From the NCBI GenBank assembly GCA_002633005.1, contig NMRA01000099.1, positions 960,497 to 1,008,660 on the forward strand: a stretch of DNA of 48,164 nucleotides. Reading direction: 5' to 3'. Every line of letters begins with the position of its first letter. Position 1 is the first letter of the stretch. The position numbers and the translations under genes were made by a program. Below the pieces are notes generated by a model, which was not told the origin of the DNA, did not search any database, and saw only the letters and a program-made list of their open reading frames with translations. Shown here one piece after another: positions 1 through 13,400 of the stretch. The stretch comes from Phoronis australis (taxonomy: Eukaryota > Animalia > Phoronida).

Positions 1-99
1 CAGAAATTCGCGCTCCTGAACTGCCACCAAATGGAATCTGGGAGAATTTTAGGGGGGGCTGGGGCATAGCCCCTTGGCTCCCCTCTAAATCCGCCACTG
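1..99 (-). mobile_element. Partial MITE of the CAGTGGCGGATTTAG-terminus family (cut by window start)
   Basis: Ends CTAAATCCGCCACTG at 99. Its reverse complement (CAGTGGCGGATTTAGAGGGG...CCCCTAAAATTCTCCCAGATTCCA) matches the 5' part of the element at 40744. Confidence 0.75.
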
Positions 100-1482
100 T
101 GTTCTCTCCAGTTAACTGAAATTTAGCTCTAAAACGAGGTTATGCTTTGGACGAAAGAATTAGGCGTTTTAATTTTAAAATTCAACTTGGTCGAGATTGA
201 TATTTGAAAAATATAACACATGAAATATACGTAATTATTAAAACCAAGAAAGCAGAATTTATGGTCATATAATTTTTATTTTCAATTGTGAGCCTAGTTT
301 TTTATCGTAATCAAAATATTTATTTAATAACATCAAGTATTATTTCAGATCAATGACAAATCAACTGTTAGTCACGGTGGTGCCTACCTCACCAGGACCT
401 AGGCTATGCTTGAAGTTAAATAGGCCTACTCTTGATCAACAAATTAAACTTTAACTGTATTTTTCTACGTCTCTGTGGTTAATAATTGACACATTTTTTA
501 AGATTTAATATTCAGGTTGGACTCCAAAGACCGGCCATTTAACTCACGCAATGTAAATTTCCGCTTTGTTTATCGCAGTGAGCCTAGCTTTGGATTTTAA
601 TGTCCGCCGCGTGAATAGTCAAAGAGCGACAACTTCCGCCTTACCCTAGCTTTCAAATATGTGTGTGGGTAAGTTGCACTAGTGCACGTTGTTTTAAGGT
701 AAGTTGTGTATGAACGGGACTAAAATGAGGCTTGTTGGTAATTCACGCGCTTGTGACCTTAGATAGCAAATATCTGCTATAAACGCAAACATTGTGACAA
801 CAGAATTACCATCATAGGTTCGCGGTAATTACCGAAGCATAAATATTCGGACGGTGCAATTCGTTGTTTTCCGTACGAGGTTATAACAAAGATTTTATAG
901 TTAGTATCTTTGGTTTTGGTTATAATGCACAAATATTGCTATGTGTACGAAAATGGATGAACTATGCATCAAAAGAGTTTGAATTGAAGTGCATAATTCA
1001 CGAAGAAAAATCATAGATTGAAGCGCGAGGGCCCAGTATTCTTGAAAGAATGTTAGCGGAGGATCAATAGGGTCATCCTGGATTACACAGCGACACTCGA
1101 ATCTGTCTGTATTTACCCACGATGCTGTAAACATCCGTGAGGAACATTTGCTGCCTGGTTTTCGTGCCATTGGACTTCACATGGTATTTGTTGTTGTCTG
1201 ATTGTTTACAACGGTTTTTCTCAGTTGCATTACTCTATTCGTCCATATAGTGCCAGCTAGTGAAGTATTACTGCTGTGCTGTGGGCTGCAACTCTGACGT
1301 GAGAGAGTTTGATAAATTGGACAAATACCCGTGAATGTGTGATGTGAAATTCTTCCCCTTTCCGACATCAAGAGATGAGAGACACGAAAACTATGCCTGA
1401 TTTCCAAAAGTAGGTCACGCGCTTTCTTATCTCCGGAGCGAAGGAGAGTGTCTATTATTCTGGTGTCCGTGTACGGTATTAA

Positions 1483-2391
1483 AGGTGAAAGTAACCTATT
1501 TTCATGTCATTTTTAGCAAAAATAAGGTTCGTTGATTATCCCAGACATATTTTCCACTTAATTACAGCTTTTCGTAATTTGATTAATTATTTGTTTTCTA
1601 CTCCGGAAGTGACGTTTTAGGAGGCAAGGATTTCGTGCCAATTTCTTTTCCCGTAGTCTGACTATATGAGCGTTGATGAGTCAGTCATATATCTACCTCG
1701 GTTGTCATAAGTTCAGTCGTTGTTTGCTTTTGTTTACGAGTCAGTCAACATGCCACACTGTTGCTGCCTACCGGGATGTACTTATTATTGCCCAGAGCCT
1801 GTAAGCAGCCCTGCTGCGATATTGAGTAGTGGGAGTGAATACAGGCCCCGTTCGACACCCAGTGAAGAGGACAGTTCGTCCTTCAATGAACATATCGGTG
1901 AGTCAAACTTTGATAAGTTTATCGTGGACTTGTCTAAAGTATTAGAGCTATTTAGAAGGTGCAGGTGTGTGGCGAGCCGAGGGTGTCACACGGCGGGGTG
2001 TAAGCAGTTTGTGTGCTCAAGTCACTATCAGTGGGAGTGTGTCGCGGACACTCGGGCAAGTGGAACAGCTGTTCCTCAGTCCGTGGGACGATAATGGGTA
2101 TCTCCCGGTACGCAGCAACAGTGTGGCATGTTGACTGACTCGTAAACAAAAGCACACGATGACCGAACTTATCAAAACCGCGAGATAGAAAAATGACTGA
2201 CTGGGCAGCTCTCACGGTCAGACTATACGAAAAGAAATAGGCGGGAAATTCTTGCCTCCCAAAACGTCACATCCGGAGTAGAGAACGAATTATTAATCAA
2301 ATCACGAAAAGCTGTAACTAAGGGGAAAATATGTCTGGGATAACCAACGAACCTTATTTTTGCTAAAAAAAGACATGAAAAAAGGTTGCCT
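1483..2391 (+). mobile_element. Non-autonomous Kolobok-type DNA transposon, family A, internally deleted copy
   Basis: TTAA on both sides (1479-82, 2392-95), AGG...CCT termini and ~300-bp imperfect inverted repeats. Homologous end to end with 35411-36737 but lacks ~430 bp of the THAP core. Encodes MPHCCCLPGC and FDKFIVDLSKVLELFRRCRC remnants. Confidence 0.8.
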
Positions 2392-4205
2392 TTAAGCCTC
2401 GAAAATCCTTGAGATCACCACTGATGCTCGGATGTCGTAGTAAGGCACGTTCCACTCCGGCTAGAGAAATTGAAGCATGCAGCCGCAAGCGAGAATCTTT
2501 TTGTAGTATAGCATGCAGCACTGATGCCTATAGGATGTCACAAAGTTGCAAATGCACGTGCTGTTAGTATACTGACCACTGTCGTCTGCGCGGCTGCGAA
2601 TTATTTGGTTTAGTCATCATGGTACGGTTTCTCAAGCCTCCTCTGCAAATCTCAATGAAAAATATGAAGTGCCGGCTATATGAGCTATAGTTTGGGGCCC
2701 CATGCAAAAATCACGGACCAGGCCATTTTGCTGATTCCATAGTCACCAACACACTTTCAATAAATTTGCTTCGTCAGTCCTTCAAGCATTTCTTTAAAGT
2801 TTGGTTCAACACGTTACGGCTACTTGGACGACTGCGCTGTTGGACCTTTTATAGAGGCGTGAGGTTAATTACTGGAATTAAATTACTGGTTTTATTGAAC
2901 TGCCTCTCGGTACGGTGTACTTAATAAACTACAAGTGACCGAGTTAAGAGAGAATAGATAATGACCTCAAAGTCGGTGTTCACTTTTGGACTCAGATTCA
3001 GCCGGTTGTCACGTGGGAGGCGGTCACAATCTAGCGAAGGCATAGATTGCTCCGCTCACAAATTGTTTGTGGCTGGCTTTCGCTGGCGGATCGTGACTGT
3101 GCATTCCTTTTCTGTCAATGAATGACTGCGTTAAATAAAGGGTACCTTGTTGCACACAACACGTACCGTCCCGGGGTGATGTGCCGGATGTGACACAATA
3201 TCCCGTGAACATCTATACGTGTTGTGTTTCGGTCGTTGTTGATGGCATGTGTTTTCACAATCGTCGTATATTGTCGACGGGGCGACAAAATGTGTCGATG
3301 TTGGTGGCACATCGGCATTATATTGTCGACAGGCAATAGAGTGTCTGTGTCGAGTGTGACGATATATGTCACGACAAACCGACTGAGGCAGTCCAGTATT
3401 TTCAAGAAGGTGTTGAATTGTGCATAAACTGTGTAAAAGAAGTTTTTGAAAAAGTTAATTTTTCAGAAAGAGTCACGTGTTGTTGTTATTCATTGATTGG
3501 CATTATATATGTGCTTCGAAGCAATATTGACCCCACTCTCTATAGTTACCAGGTGGGTACAGGACATTCTCAGTGTAGAATCTACTTTTCAGTTCAGTGG
3601 CTTAAACAATATAATAATTCTGGGCTTGGAAAGAACCGCTGTTGTGTGACACAATGCTCAGTACATAAAATAGTAATCGGATAACGCTTCAGTTTATTAA
3701 AGACCATTGTAGGGAGCATTAAGGAATAGCTGCCATTTCTTCCATCGCAGAGACCAGTCATCTGAGCCTATGAAACAGTTTGAGGCAGTTTTATTGCAGT
3801 AAATAGTTCTACAGATGGAAGTGGGCTTTGTATATATGCAGGGCTAATTAGGTCAAGTCAAAGTTCGCAAACTGGAATAAATCGAGTAAGACACTGTGAA
3901 TTTCCATCGAAACAAAATCAACATTCGGTCCACGACCACAGGAGAAGCAGAATTTCATCCTACAACATGGCGAACTAAAACGTCGTTTTAAATCCACTGA
4001 GCCGAGATAAAACAACCGTAATACAGGTGGTGACCAGCACTATTGTGCTTTTGCCCACGAACACATTAAAGCTCCGCCTTCCATCGTATTTAGCATTCGC
4101 CATTTAGAATGGCATTTGTCAACTTCGAACTGTTGTACTCTAAATCAAACATCATATCGCGACCGATTTCTCCCTACCGAATTTCATAGTCGCTATCAGC
4201 TCCAA

Positions 4206-4211
4206 TATAAG
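4206..4211 (+). promoter_or_regulatory. Possible TATA-like box of the GH1 gene
   Basis: TATAAG ~65 bp upstream of the ATG at 4274. Position only. Confidence 0.25.
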
Positions 4212-4273
4212 CGTTGTAAATACACGATTCGTAATCATTTCGTCGTACACCGCCCCTATCAACTAACACGATA

Positions 4274-4424
4274 ATGAGGAGAGTTGTTGTGTTACTATTA
4301 GTTTTCACTGTCGTCGTGCAAGCTGATGTAAGCAATGACTTTTACTACGGAAAGTTCCCCGATGACTTTGGTTGGAGCAGTGCTACGTCAGCCTACCAGA
4401 TCGAAGGTGCCTGGAACGAAGGAG
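4274..4424 (+). CDS. GH1 exon 1 (signal peptide and GH1 N-terminal signature)
   Basis: [50 protein letters not shown]; donor GTAGGC at 4425. Confidence 0.93.
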
Positions 4425-7400
4425 GTAGGCAGGTCTCACTCGCGGTTTTGCAATGATTATGACAAACTTCATAATGTTCGTATCGTAAAATCTCAGCAAT
4501 GGAGAACACAAGGAGGTAAACATTTACAATTCTCATTTTTGTCATCAAGCAGAGCCAGTAGCACCAAGTCAAAGTTTTCCAGTTTAAGCATTGTATCGCA
4601 GCTGCCGTCAGACAATATTTTTGAAAATTGTAGACATTTGAAACATTCGTAGAGCTCCTTGAAAAGAGCAGCTTTGATAAATAATGTGTGCTCGGAGTTG
4701 CCGATGTTAGGCTGTGGTTGTCAAGGATGTGTAGAGTTTCTTTCATTTAGTTTACATAAGGCCACAATGTCGACAAACCAAATGACAACCGACTATTTCA
4801 ACAAAAGTAATTGCATATGATTCCATTACAAATGATTACTACTGCGCAAATTCCTTGACTAATACAATTTTACTCTGAATTCGTGAAACAGAGGCAAGAC
4901 TATGTCGCCCTTGTCACTGTGCGTGAACTTCTAGTCCTGCGTAATGTCAAGACCGCGTATGCGTGAACTTGGAATTAAACATTCACTTTGGCCATCTGGT
5001 GACATTTTTAGTTCAGTGTAAAGACGTTTTGTAATTATTGGCCTCATGATTACCCATTTTCTCCTTTAGCGTAACTTGTGTCAAGGAATCGGGGGAATAT
5101 GTGAATGGTTAAATAATTGAATAAGATGTTATTTGATTTAGTGCAGTGCAATTTTTTATCAACGTGAGTGAACTTACTCCTCGTGTATTCTAAGTTCACG
5201 CATACGCAATCTTGAGATTAAGCAAGAATCTAAGTTCACGTACAACAACTTTACTTGATTTAAACTGTCTGTCTCATTAATTTGCATTATAATAGTTATG
5301 TAATTGTTCATTGACGGCGTTGAACTCTCCCTAAGAGAAAAAAAATCAGTTTGCTTGTTTCTTTTTCTTTTAAAAGACGTATAGATAGTAGTTTTGGAAG
5401 ATAGTTCTATAACATTCATGACTTCACTAACGGTGCCCTAGTTGATAAATTTCCGTTTTTCATGCAGTTTTCTATTGTCCGCTCCAGATGTCTCTATATT
5501 ATTATTATTTGAAGGAGAATTAACGCAATGTATCTTTAGTTACCAGTGTTTGATAGCATGAAACAATACCATGTAGGTACTCAACTAAAATGCTCAAATC
5601 GAGGGTGAACTCTACATCCAATTTTCAGTATTATTGAAACTAAACAGGTATTTTTCATACATCGCCCCCAATTTAAGGATTAAGTCTCTATTTATTTTCA
5701 TTGAACTAAGGGCTCGGTTTTTATATGTATTATTAAGAAATATAAGTGGTCAAAGAGGAGTTCATAATAAAGCAAAAACGACTCGGGAAATGCACAAAAG
5801 ATTTAGGGAACTTGGTCATGTCTCTATTTGGTCCAGGTTTATAAAACCAGCGGGAAAGATGCAATAAAATTATCCTATAAAAAAATTTCTTAAGTGGCGT
5901 TTCACAATGGAAATTAAAAGTCAATATCCTCAGAATCAAAGTGATTAATTTATTTACCGATAATTTGTGTTCATAACTTTACAAATGAGATACCTTTAAT
6001 GCCACTTAAGTACATTTCCATCAAATACGTTTCATAAGCAAGTACTTAGTGTCACTGTTATATCAGTTAGGTTATACCGTATTCGCCCGGATACAAGCTC
6101 TCCTGGATTTGTTGTTCAGTCTCACGTATAACCCCATCTCAAGTGCTTGAGTACTGGCTCAACCCGCTTCCCATTAGTCCACGTCAAAATAAAACTAAAT
6201 AACAAACACCAAAAACAGTATTGATTCGAATGCAAGGTTCTTGAGTCAAATAAGCTGTTGGCAGAAAACACTGTCAGTCTCTGGCACGCAGGGCGGCAAG
6301 CCTTCTTACATGTAGTTAGAAAACAGCAGCCAACCGGTAAAAGGCCACTTTTGACGTATCCAAACCTCCTTTGTTGGAGAATTCGCGGATGACGTACAGC
6401 AGCAGCCGATTTCATAAAGGTGGTTTAAAGTTAAACCTGGTTTAAACTGGACTTAGACCAGGTTTAAAGATAATCTGNTCACGTATAACCCCATCTCAAG
6501 TGCTTGAGTACTGGCTCAACCCGCTTCCCATTAGTCCACGTCAAAATAAAACTAACTAACAAACACCAAAAACAGTATTGATTCGAATGCAAGGTTCTTG
6601 AGTCAAATAAGCTGTTGGCAGAAAACATTGTCAGTCTCTGGCACGCAGGGCGGCAAGCTTTCTTACATGTAGTTAGAAAACAGCAGCCAACCGGTAAAAG
6701 GCCACTTTTGACGTATCCAAACCTCCTTTGTTGGAGAATTCGTGGATGACGTACAGCAGCAGCCGATTTCATAAAGGTGGTTTAAGTTAAACCTGGTTTA
6801 AACTGGACTTAGACCAGGTTTAAAGATAATCTGCATTTCATAAAGGTGGTTTAACTTTTAGACCAGTGGTCTAGTAACACCTGGTTTAACTCCAGTTTAG
6901 ACCTGGTCTAATTCCGTTTTCATTTCACCAACGAGGTCTATATTCTTTAGACATGTGTTAAAATCTTAAACCATGTTTAACTTTAGACTTGGTCAGACCC
7001 AGGTTTAACTGTTAAATATGTCAGACGTGCATGGTATGGGTACAACTGAATGATGCCGCGGAGTGCATTTGCGACACAGATTGAGAGCGAAAATGGACTT
7101 TTTTCAATATTCAGTTTTACTACGACACAAGAGAAATCGTAGCAGAGGCGGATCTAGGATTTTTTAAAGGGGGGGTCAAGGACTTTTTGAAAAGGGAGAC
7201 CCCAAGTCAACAATTTGAAAATTATAGATTTGATATCACTAAAATCAAGAGAAAAAAGGGGCTCCGGACCCTATGACCCCCCTGGATCCGCCTATGCGTA
7301 GACCAGTACGTGCTGGAGTGTGTCCTGCGGATTCCTCAGAATACAACTGGTCGAGCAGGGCGTCATCGTCGTAAGCGCTACGGATTTGACTTAAGACAGC

Positions 7401-10400
7401 ATCTTCTGATTCTTCTGAGTTCCACCTCCACTGTTCTCTGATTTAATGTTGCCGGGAAGGGGTCTTGCCCCCCCTGGCCGCGAAAAATAAACACTAAAGT
7501 GACACGGAAATAAATTTTTAGCATTCATCATGTTACATTTAATCATGAGCATGTTCTTTGATGTGTGTGTGTTGGGCACAGAAATTAAATTTTTCCTCAT
7601 CAGAAAAGCTTTTAGACCTTTTTCGTAAATGTCTGCACTGATTCTACTAGTGTATGCCATTGCATATCCACGTGTTCAAGGTTTCATTGAAGCACGTCAA
7701 TAGTTTCCTTTTTGGGTTACCCAGCTCGACACAGTGGAGTGCCTTTAATTCTTTAAACCTGGTTTTACTGAACCAGCTTCTTGGTCTAGCAAAACCAGGC
7801 TTTCAGACTCTTAAACCAACTTGGTGAAATGCAAGTCAGGTCTAAAATTAGACCAGGTTTAGGAAGACCAGGATTAAGTCTTAAACCTGGTTTTGTTAAA
7901 CCACCTTTGTGAAATCGGCTGCAGGAGTTCAAGGCTTTCAGAGAAGACTGTGACATCAGCAAGGGTCAATGGATAATGAGGGCGACAATACCATAATGGA
8001 AAACTTAAATAAAACGGTGGTGCCTTAGAAGTAATGGTTCTAACGATATAACATCGAAATCAGGCAAACAAATATTCATGAAACTATCTGGTAAAGAGTA
8101 GTGCTTATTTCCTGCGCCTATTCTAAAATAACATTGTAAGTATCCATACAGGTGTCGTTTTTGTGAACAAATTAAAAATGTAGCCGCGCACTTTGGAATG
8201 CGTCAGTTGGTACTGTAAAGCTAGGACAATAATGTAAAGATAAGCTACGGCAAGTAGGTCTGGTTATCATGCAAGAATGCAATGACATAGGCCTTGTCTG
8301 GGAGCCAAATGATGTTTTTTACTCAACATTGATTTGCTGTATAAATTTTTGTCTTAGCTGTTTTATGTAGCTAAGGCATAGGTAATTATCATACAAGAAT
8401 GCAATGACTATGGTGGGCCGTTGAAGGAAAAGTGTAGCTGTAAAATTACGCTCGTAATTACGAGAGTAAATTAAATTGCAGGAGTGTCACCGTACAATTA
8501 CGCTCGTAAATTAAATGGGGAAAAGTTTCGCCGTAAAATTACGCTCGTAATTACGAGCGTAAGTTAAATTGCAAAAGTGTTGCGGTAAAATTACGCCCGT
8601 AAANCTTAAACCTGGTTTTGTTAAACCACCTTTGTGAAATCGGCTGCAGGAGTTCAAGGCTTTCAGAGAAGACTGTGACATTAGCAAGGGTCAATGGATA
8701 ATGAGGGCGACAATACCATAATGGAAAACTTAAATGAAACGGTGGTGCCTTAGAAGTAATGGTTCTAACGATATAACATCGAAATCAGGCAAACAAATAT
8801 TCATGAAACTATCTGGTAAAGAGTAGTGCTCATTTCCGGCGCCTATTCTAAAATAACATTGTAAGTATCCATACAGGTGTCGTTTTTGTGAACAAATTAA
8901 AAATGTAGCCGCGCACTTTGGAATGCGTCAGTTGGTACTGTAAAGCTAGGACAATAATGTAAAGATAAGCTACAGCAAGTAGGTCTGGTTATCATGCAAA
9001 AATGCAATGATATAGGCCTAGTCTGGGAGCCAAATGATGTTTTTTTACTCAACATGGATTTGCTGTATAAATTTTTGTCTTAGCTGTTTTATATAGCTAA
9101 GGCATAGGTCATTATCACACAAGAATGCAATGACTATGGTGGGCCGTTGAGGGGAAAGTGTAGCAGTAAAATTACGCTCGTAATTACGAGAGTAAATTAA
9201 ATTGCAGGAGTGTCGCCGTACAATTACGCTCGTAAATTAAATGGGGAAAAGTTTCGTCGTAAAATTACGCTCGTAATTACGAGCGTAAGGTTAATTGCAA
9301 AAGTGTTGCGGTAAAATTACGCCCGTAAATTAAATGGGGTAAATGTCGCCGTAAATTACGCTCGTAAAATACCTTAAGAACGTTTCAAATTTAAACCAAT
9401 CAGTGATGACCTAACATACACGACTGTTGCTGGGCAGCTCGTTCTTGCACAATCGCTGACGTGGCAGCAGCGATTTGATCCGCCGTGATTCAGCGCTCGT
9501 ATCGTAGAATGGAAACCCGCAAGTAAATAAGTATTTCCATGAGCGCGCGCGATCTTGGATTGTAAAACCCAGCGTCATTGGCTAAGAGTTTAAACTAAAT
9601 TACGAGCGTAATTTTACGCCGTAAAGAATTAAATAACGCTGGTAATTTTACGGCGTAATTAACGACGTGAATAACGGCGTAATGTACACAATTACGCTCG
9701 TATTTTTCTGGCGACACTTTCCCCCCAACGGCCCATCATAAATGACAGCCTTTATGACGCAAATGAACTGAAAAAATGTATGTTATGTTCTTGGTTAGTC
9801 CATGTTACATCGCCCACTTCCAGGTTCCAGCGATGTGGGGTGCTGTAATCAGGAATTTTCGCCTGATTTCACTTACTCAGAACCTCACGTGGAACGTGGA
9901 ACTTGAAACTTATGACTTCAGCTGCAAGTCCCAGATCTCAGGTTCCAGGTTTTGAGTCAGTCAAACGTCGAATATTCACGATTCCAACGTTCAATATCGC
10001 TAGAGTCTGAAGCTGGACTATATAGTACAAGGACCTTGGATGACAGTAATTATGAGGGGGCAACATTGCTACTGTCGGACACTCGATTAAAAAATAACCC
10101 ACTCATATTGTATTTCTAAAGCAATGCTATTTAGTTTATCCGACGTCAACTCCATTGCTTCATTTCTTCTATTTTATGCCATTTCGTGAATCCTCCAGGA
10201 TGGAGGGTGAGAAAAAATGCTGAAGAAAAACGTAGGTCTTGTAGACGACACGTTATACTGAACAAAGGAAATATGAGTGACCAATCAGGTGTCGAGTAGA
10301 GAAATGTATGAATACAAAAGAAGACCCCGAAGCTATAAATAGGTATGCGTAATGCAAACTAAATCTTAAAGGCGAAGGCAACCTTTTTCCATGTCATTTT

Positions 10401-13400
10401 GAGCTAAAATAAAGTTGGTTGGTTATCCTAGACATATTTTTCACTTAATTACAGCTTTTCGTAATTTTATTAATTACTCGTCCGCTTTTCCGGAGGTGAC
10501 GTTTTAGGAGGCAAGCGCTTCCCGCCACTTGGTTTTGCGTTGAGCTTACTGTGCGAATCTGTTCTATTCTACTTTTGTTTTGTGCTATTTTTCACCAATT
10601 GTCGCCACCACTTTCCATCGGCGAGTATTCTGCGGCAAGATAGGTTAGTAGAGAACTCAACTGCGTTGGATTTAGGGATTGTTTAGTGTGTTGTAAGCTG
10701 AAAATGGCTGGAGTCGGTGACCCGTATCACAGTGACAGTAGTGTGAGTGACGGAGACCTTGTTCACAGCAGTGGTGACGAGGNNNNNNNNNNNNNNNNNN
10801 NNNNNNNNNNNNNNNNNNNNNNNNNNNNNNNNNNNNNNNNNNNNNNNNNNNNNNNNNNNNNNNNNNNNNNNNNNNNNNNNNNNNNNNNNNNNNNNNNNNN
10901 NNNNNNNNNNNNNNNNNNNNNNNNNNNNNNNNNNNNNNNNNNNNNNNNNNNNNNNNNNNNNNNNNNNNNNNNNNNNNNNNNNNNNNNNNNNNNNNNNNNN
11001 NNNNNNNNNNNNNNNNNNNNNNNNNNNNNNNNNNNNNNNNNNNNNNNNNNNNNNNNNNNNNNNNNNNNNNNNNNNNNNNNNNNNNNNNNNNNNNNNNNNN
11101 NNNNNNNNNNNNNNNNNNNNNNNNNNNNNNNNNNNNNNNNNNNNNNNNNNNNNNNNNNNNNNNNNNNNNNNNNNNNNNNNNNNNNNNNNNNNNNNNNNNN
11201 NNNNNNNNNNNNNNNNNNNNNNNNNNNNNNNNNNNNNNNNNNNNNNNNNNNNNNNNNNNNNNNNNNNNNNNNNNNNNNNNNNNNNNNNNNNNNNNNNNNN
11301 NNNNNNNNNNNNNNNNNNNNNNNNNNNNNNNNNNNNNNNNNNNNNNNNNNNNNNNNNNNNNNNNNNNNNNNNNNNNNNNNNNNNNNNNNNNNNNNNNNNN
11401 NNNNNNNNNNNNNNNNNNNNNNNNNNNNNNNNNNNNNNNNNNNNNNNNNNNNNNNNNNNNNNNNNNNNNNNNNNNNNNNNNNNNNNNNNNNNNNNNNNNN
11501 NNNNNNNNNNNNNNNNNNNNNNNNNNNNNNNNNNNNNNNNNNNNNNNNNNNNNNNNNNNNNNNNNNNNNNNNNNNNNNNNNNNNNNNNNNNNNNNNNNNN
11601 NNNNTAGCTGTCTTATCTCGACAGCCCGGCATTGCTCTCTTGCCGTTGCGCCAAACATGCTATGCAAAGAAGTAAGACAAGGATCGGGGGTGGTCGAGCC
11701 AGTCGTCGATCAAGAATAAAATTTCAAGCAACTGCATAAATATGTTACAAAATGTCAGAGAACAGCAATGTTTCAATTCATTATTCTAAACGATCACCGT
11801 ACCAAACTTCATGGTGGAAAAACATTTATTTTTCATACAAGATGTCCAGATTATCCTATTTATATCACTTGTAATATCGCACTGCGGCACTGTTCGGTCC
11901 CGCTGTTATCGCGCAATGTCTCAGTCGGCTGACAATCGTGACTTGGAAATGCCGTCAAGTAATATAACGGCCTCTTTCAATATGCATCTCGTTTTTTTTA
12001 TGGCCAAAGATAGTGGCGGTATTCAGCACGTACGTAGGGCCTACGTGTAAGTCACCTGTCAATCACATTTTGGTGTCAAGGTATGTTCAGGAAATGTGAA
12101 TCCTAGAAATTGTGGTTGTGCATTTTCGGAGTGCATCTTTCCACTGTCGATGACTTTTGTTTACGATACTTTCCTGTATTCATACAGTGTGAATAACACA
12201 CCGGGTTTTATCGACCACTGTACATGTATGTGCTTCAAGCACGCGGCTGTTGTAGAAACGAAATAGTTGCTACTACGCCATTTGCGGCTAAAAATCGTCC
12301 GCCAATGACTGCCGAGGTTACATCAACCAATGCTAAAGCGCGTGCTACTGCGTGATACCAGCGTGCTGGTTAGGCACGTAGGGAACCAGCGAGGCATTCT
12401 GGCTCGCTTATCAAGTTGTCGGTGCACTGGAGCCGTGACCGGGATAGTTTGTCTAGTGTTGTAGTTAGTAGCAGAAATTTTCATTGGTTTTCAACGCCAG
12501 ATCAAAGAAAAGAGCTCCTTAGTGGTTTCATCCTTTGATAACGACATGTACTGTCACTGTGGCGCACCAGCAGGGTGTACAAAAGCGACAATAATCGGCA
12601 GCAGATTGCGTTCTACACGGGAGAGATGGGATATATGGAGAGCTGTAATATTCAGAAAAAATTAGAAGCGAAAGAGGACTTGGATTCATCTCCTAGGGCA
12701 GAAGTAAGAGAGAATCAGACAGAGAGGGAGGGGGAGANGGGAGAGAGGGGGGAGGGAGAGTGAGAGGGAGAGAGAACAAAAGATCTAGTGCTTCCCGCGT
12801 GCTACACAAACACTGAACAGGAAAATGAATGTTTATTTGCCCAAATAAAGGAATTTATGACACAATGCAACAAATTTCGTTATTAGGGACAAATAACCCA
12901 AAACCAGAGTCATTAGTCATTTTAATGTATATTCAATTACAATGCATTTGCATTCAAAATAGACTCTCACTATTTTGGCACACTTTGCACATCTTATACC
13001 GCTTTCCAGTGTGGAGTTATTATCAGATGCACATAGAGTGTCTAATCGGGATACCGATCAGACGTTAAACGAATAAGTTACAAAACAGATCCGCCATTTT
13101 ACGAGTGAAATGTTAATATTCTGGCCAATCTGGTGAGACCAAATACGCTAACAAGAATATTCACCAAGGCCGCCGCCATTATTGTGTCATGGACCGTGGC
13201 GACACCTAGCGGGTGTGTGTGGGCCAACGAAGTACGCAAGGCATTCACTATGGCCGATCTTAGTTTGCCAAATTCAAAGTTGTCAGTGAAGTGTCTTTGT
13301 TTAAAAATATTGAAAACAAAAAACACGAGCACTGTAATGGAAAAATACACATAGGCAAATTATAGAGTAAACCAAGAAAAAATTTGGGCAGCAAAGGTAA

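Noticed and set aside
901-1407. Two same-frame minus-strand ORFs separated by one stop
   Set aside because: No domain could be assigned; possibly decayed TE but unsupported.
3250-3380. GTCGAC/TGTCG-rich quasi-palindromic patch
   Set aside because: No defined unit, termini or second copy in the window.
6122-6772. Twin 97-aa ORFs as tandem paralogues
   Set aside because: Product of the N-joined duplication; the ATG lies in a transposon TIR and there is no recognisable domain.
8440-9710. Repeated AAATTACGCTCGTAA units resembling a CRISPR array
   Set aside because: Irregular spacing, both orientations, no unique spacers and no cas genes. They lie inside a TIR/TSD-bounded MITE in eukaryotic DNA.
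10672-11675. Long ORFs of 286-331 aa in the track
   Set aside because: They are made of N-gap codons.
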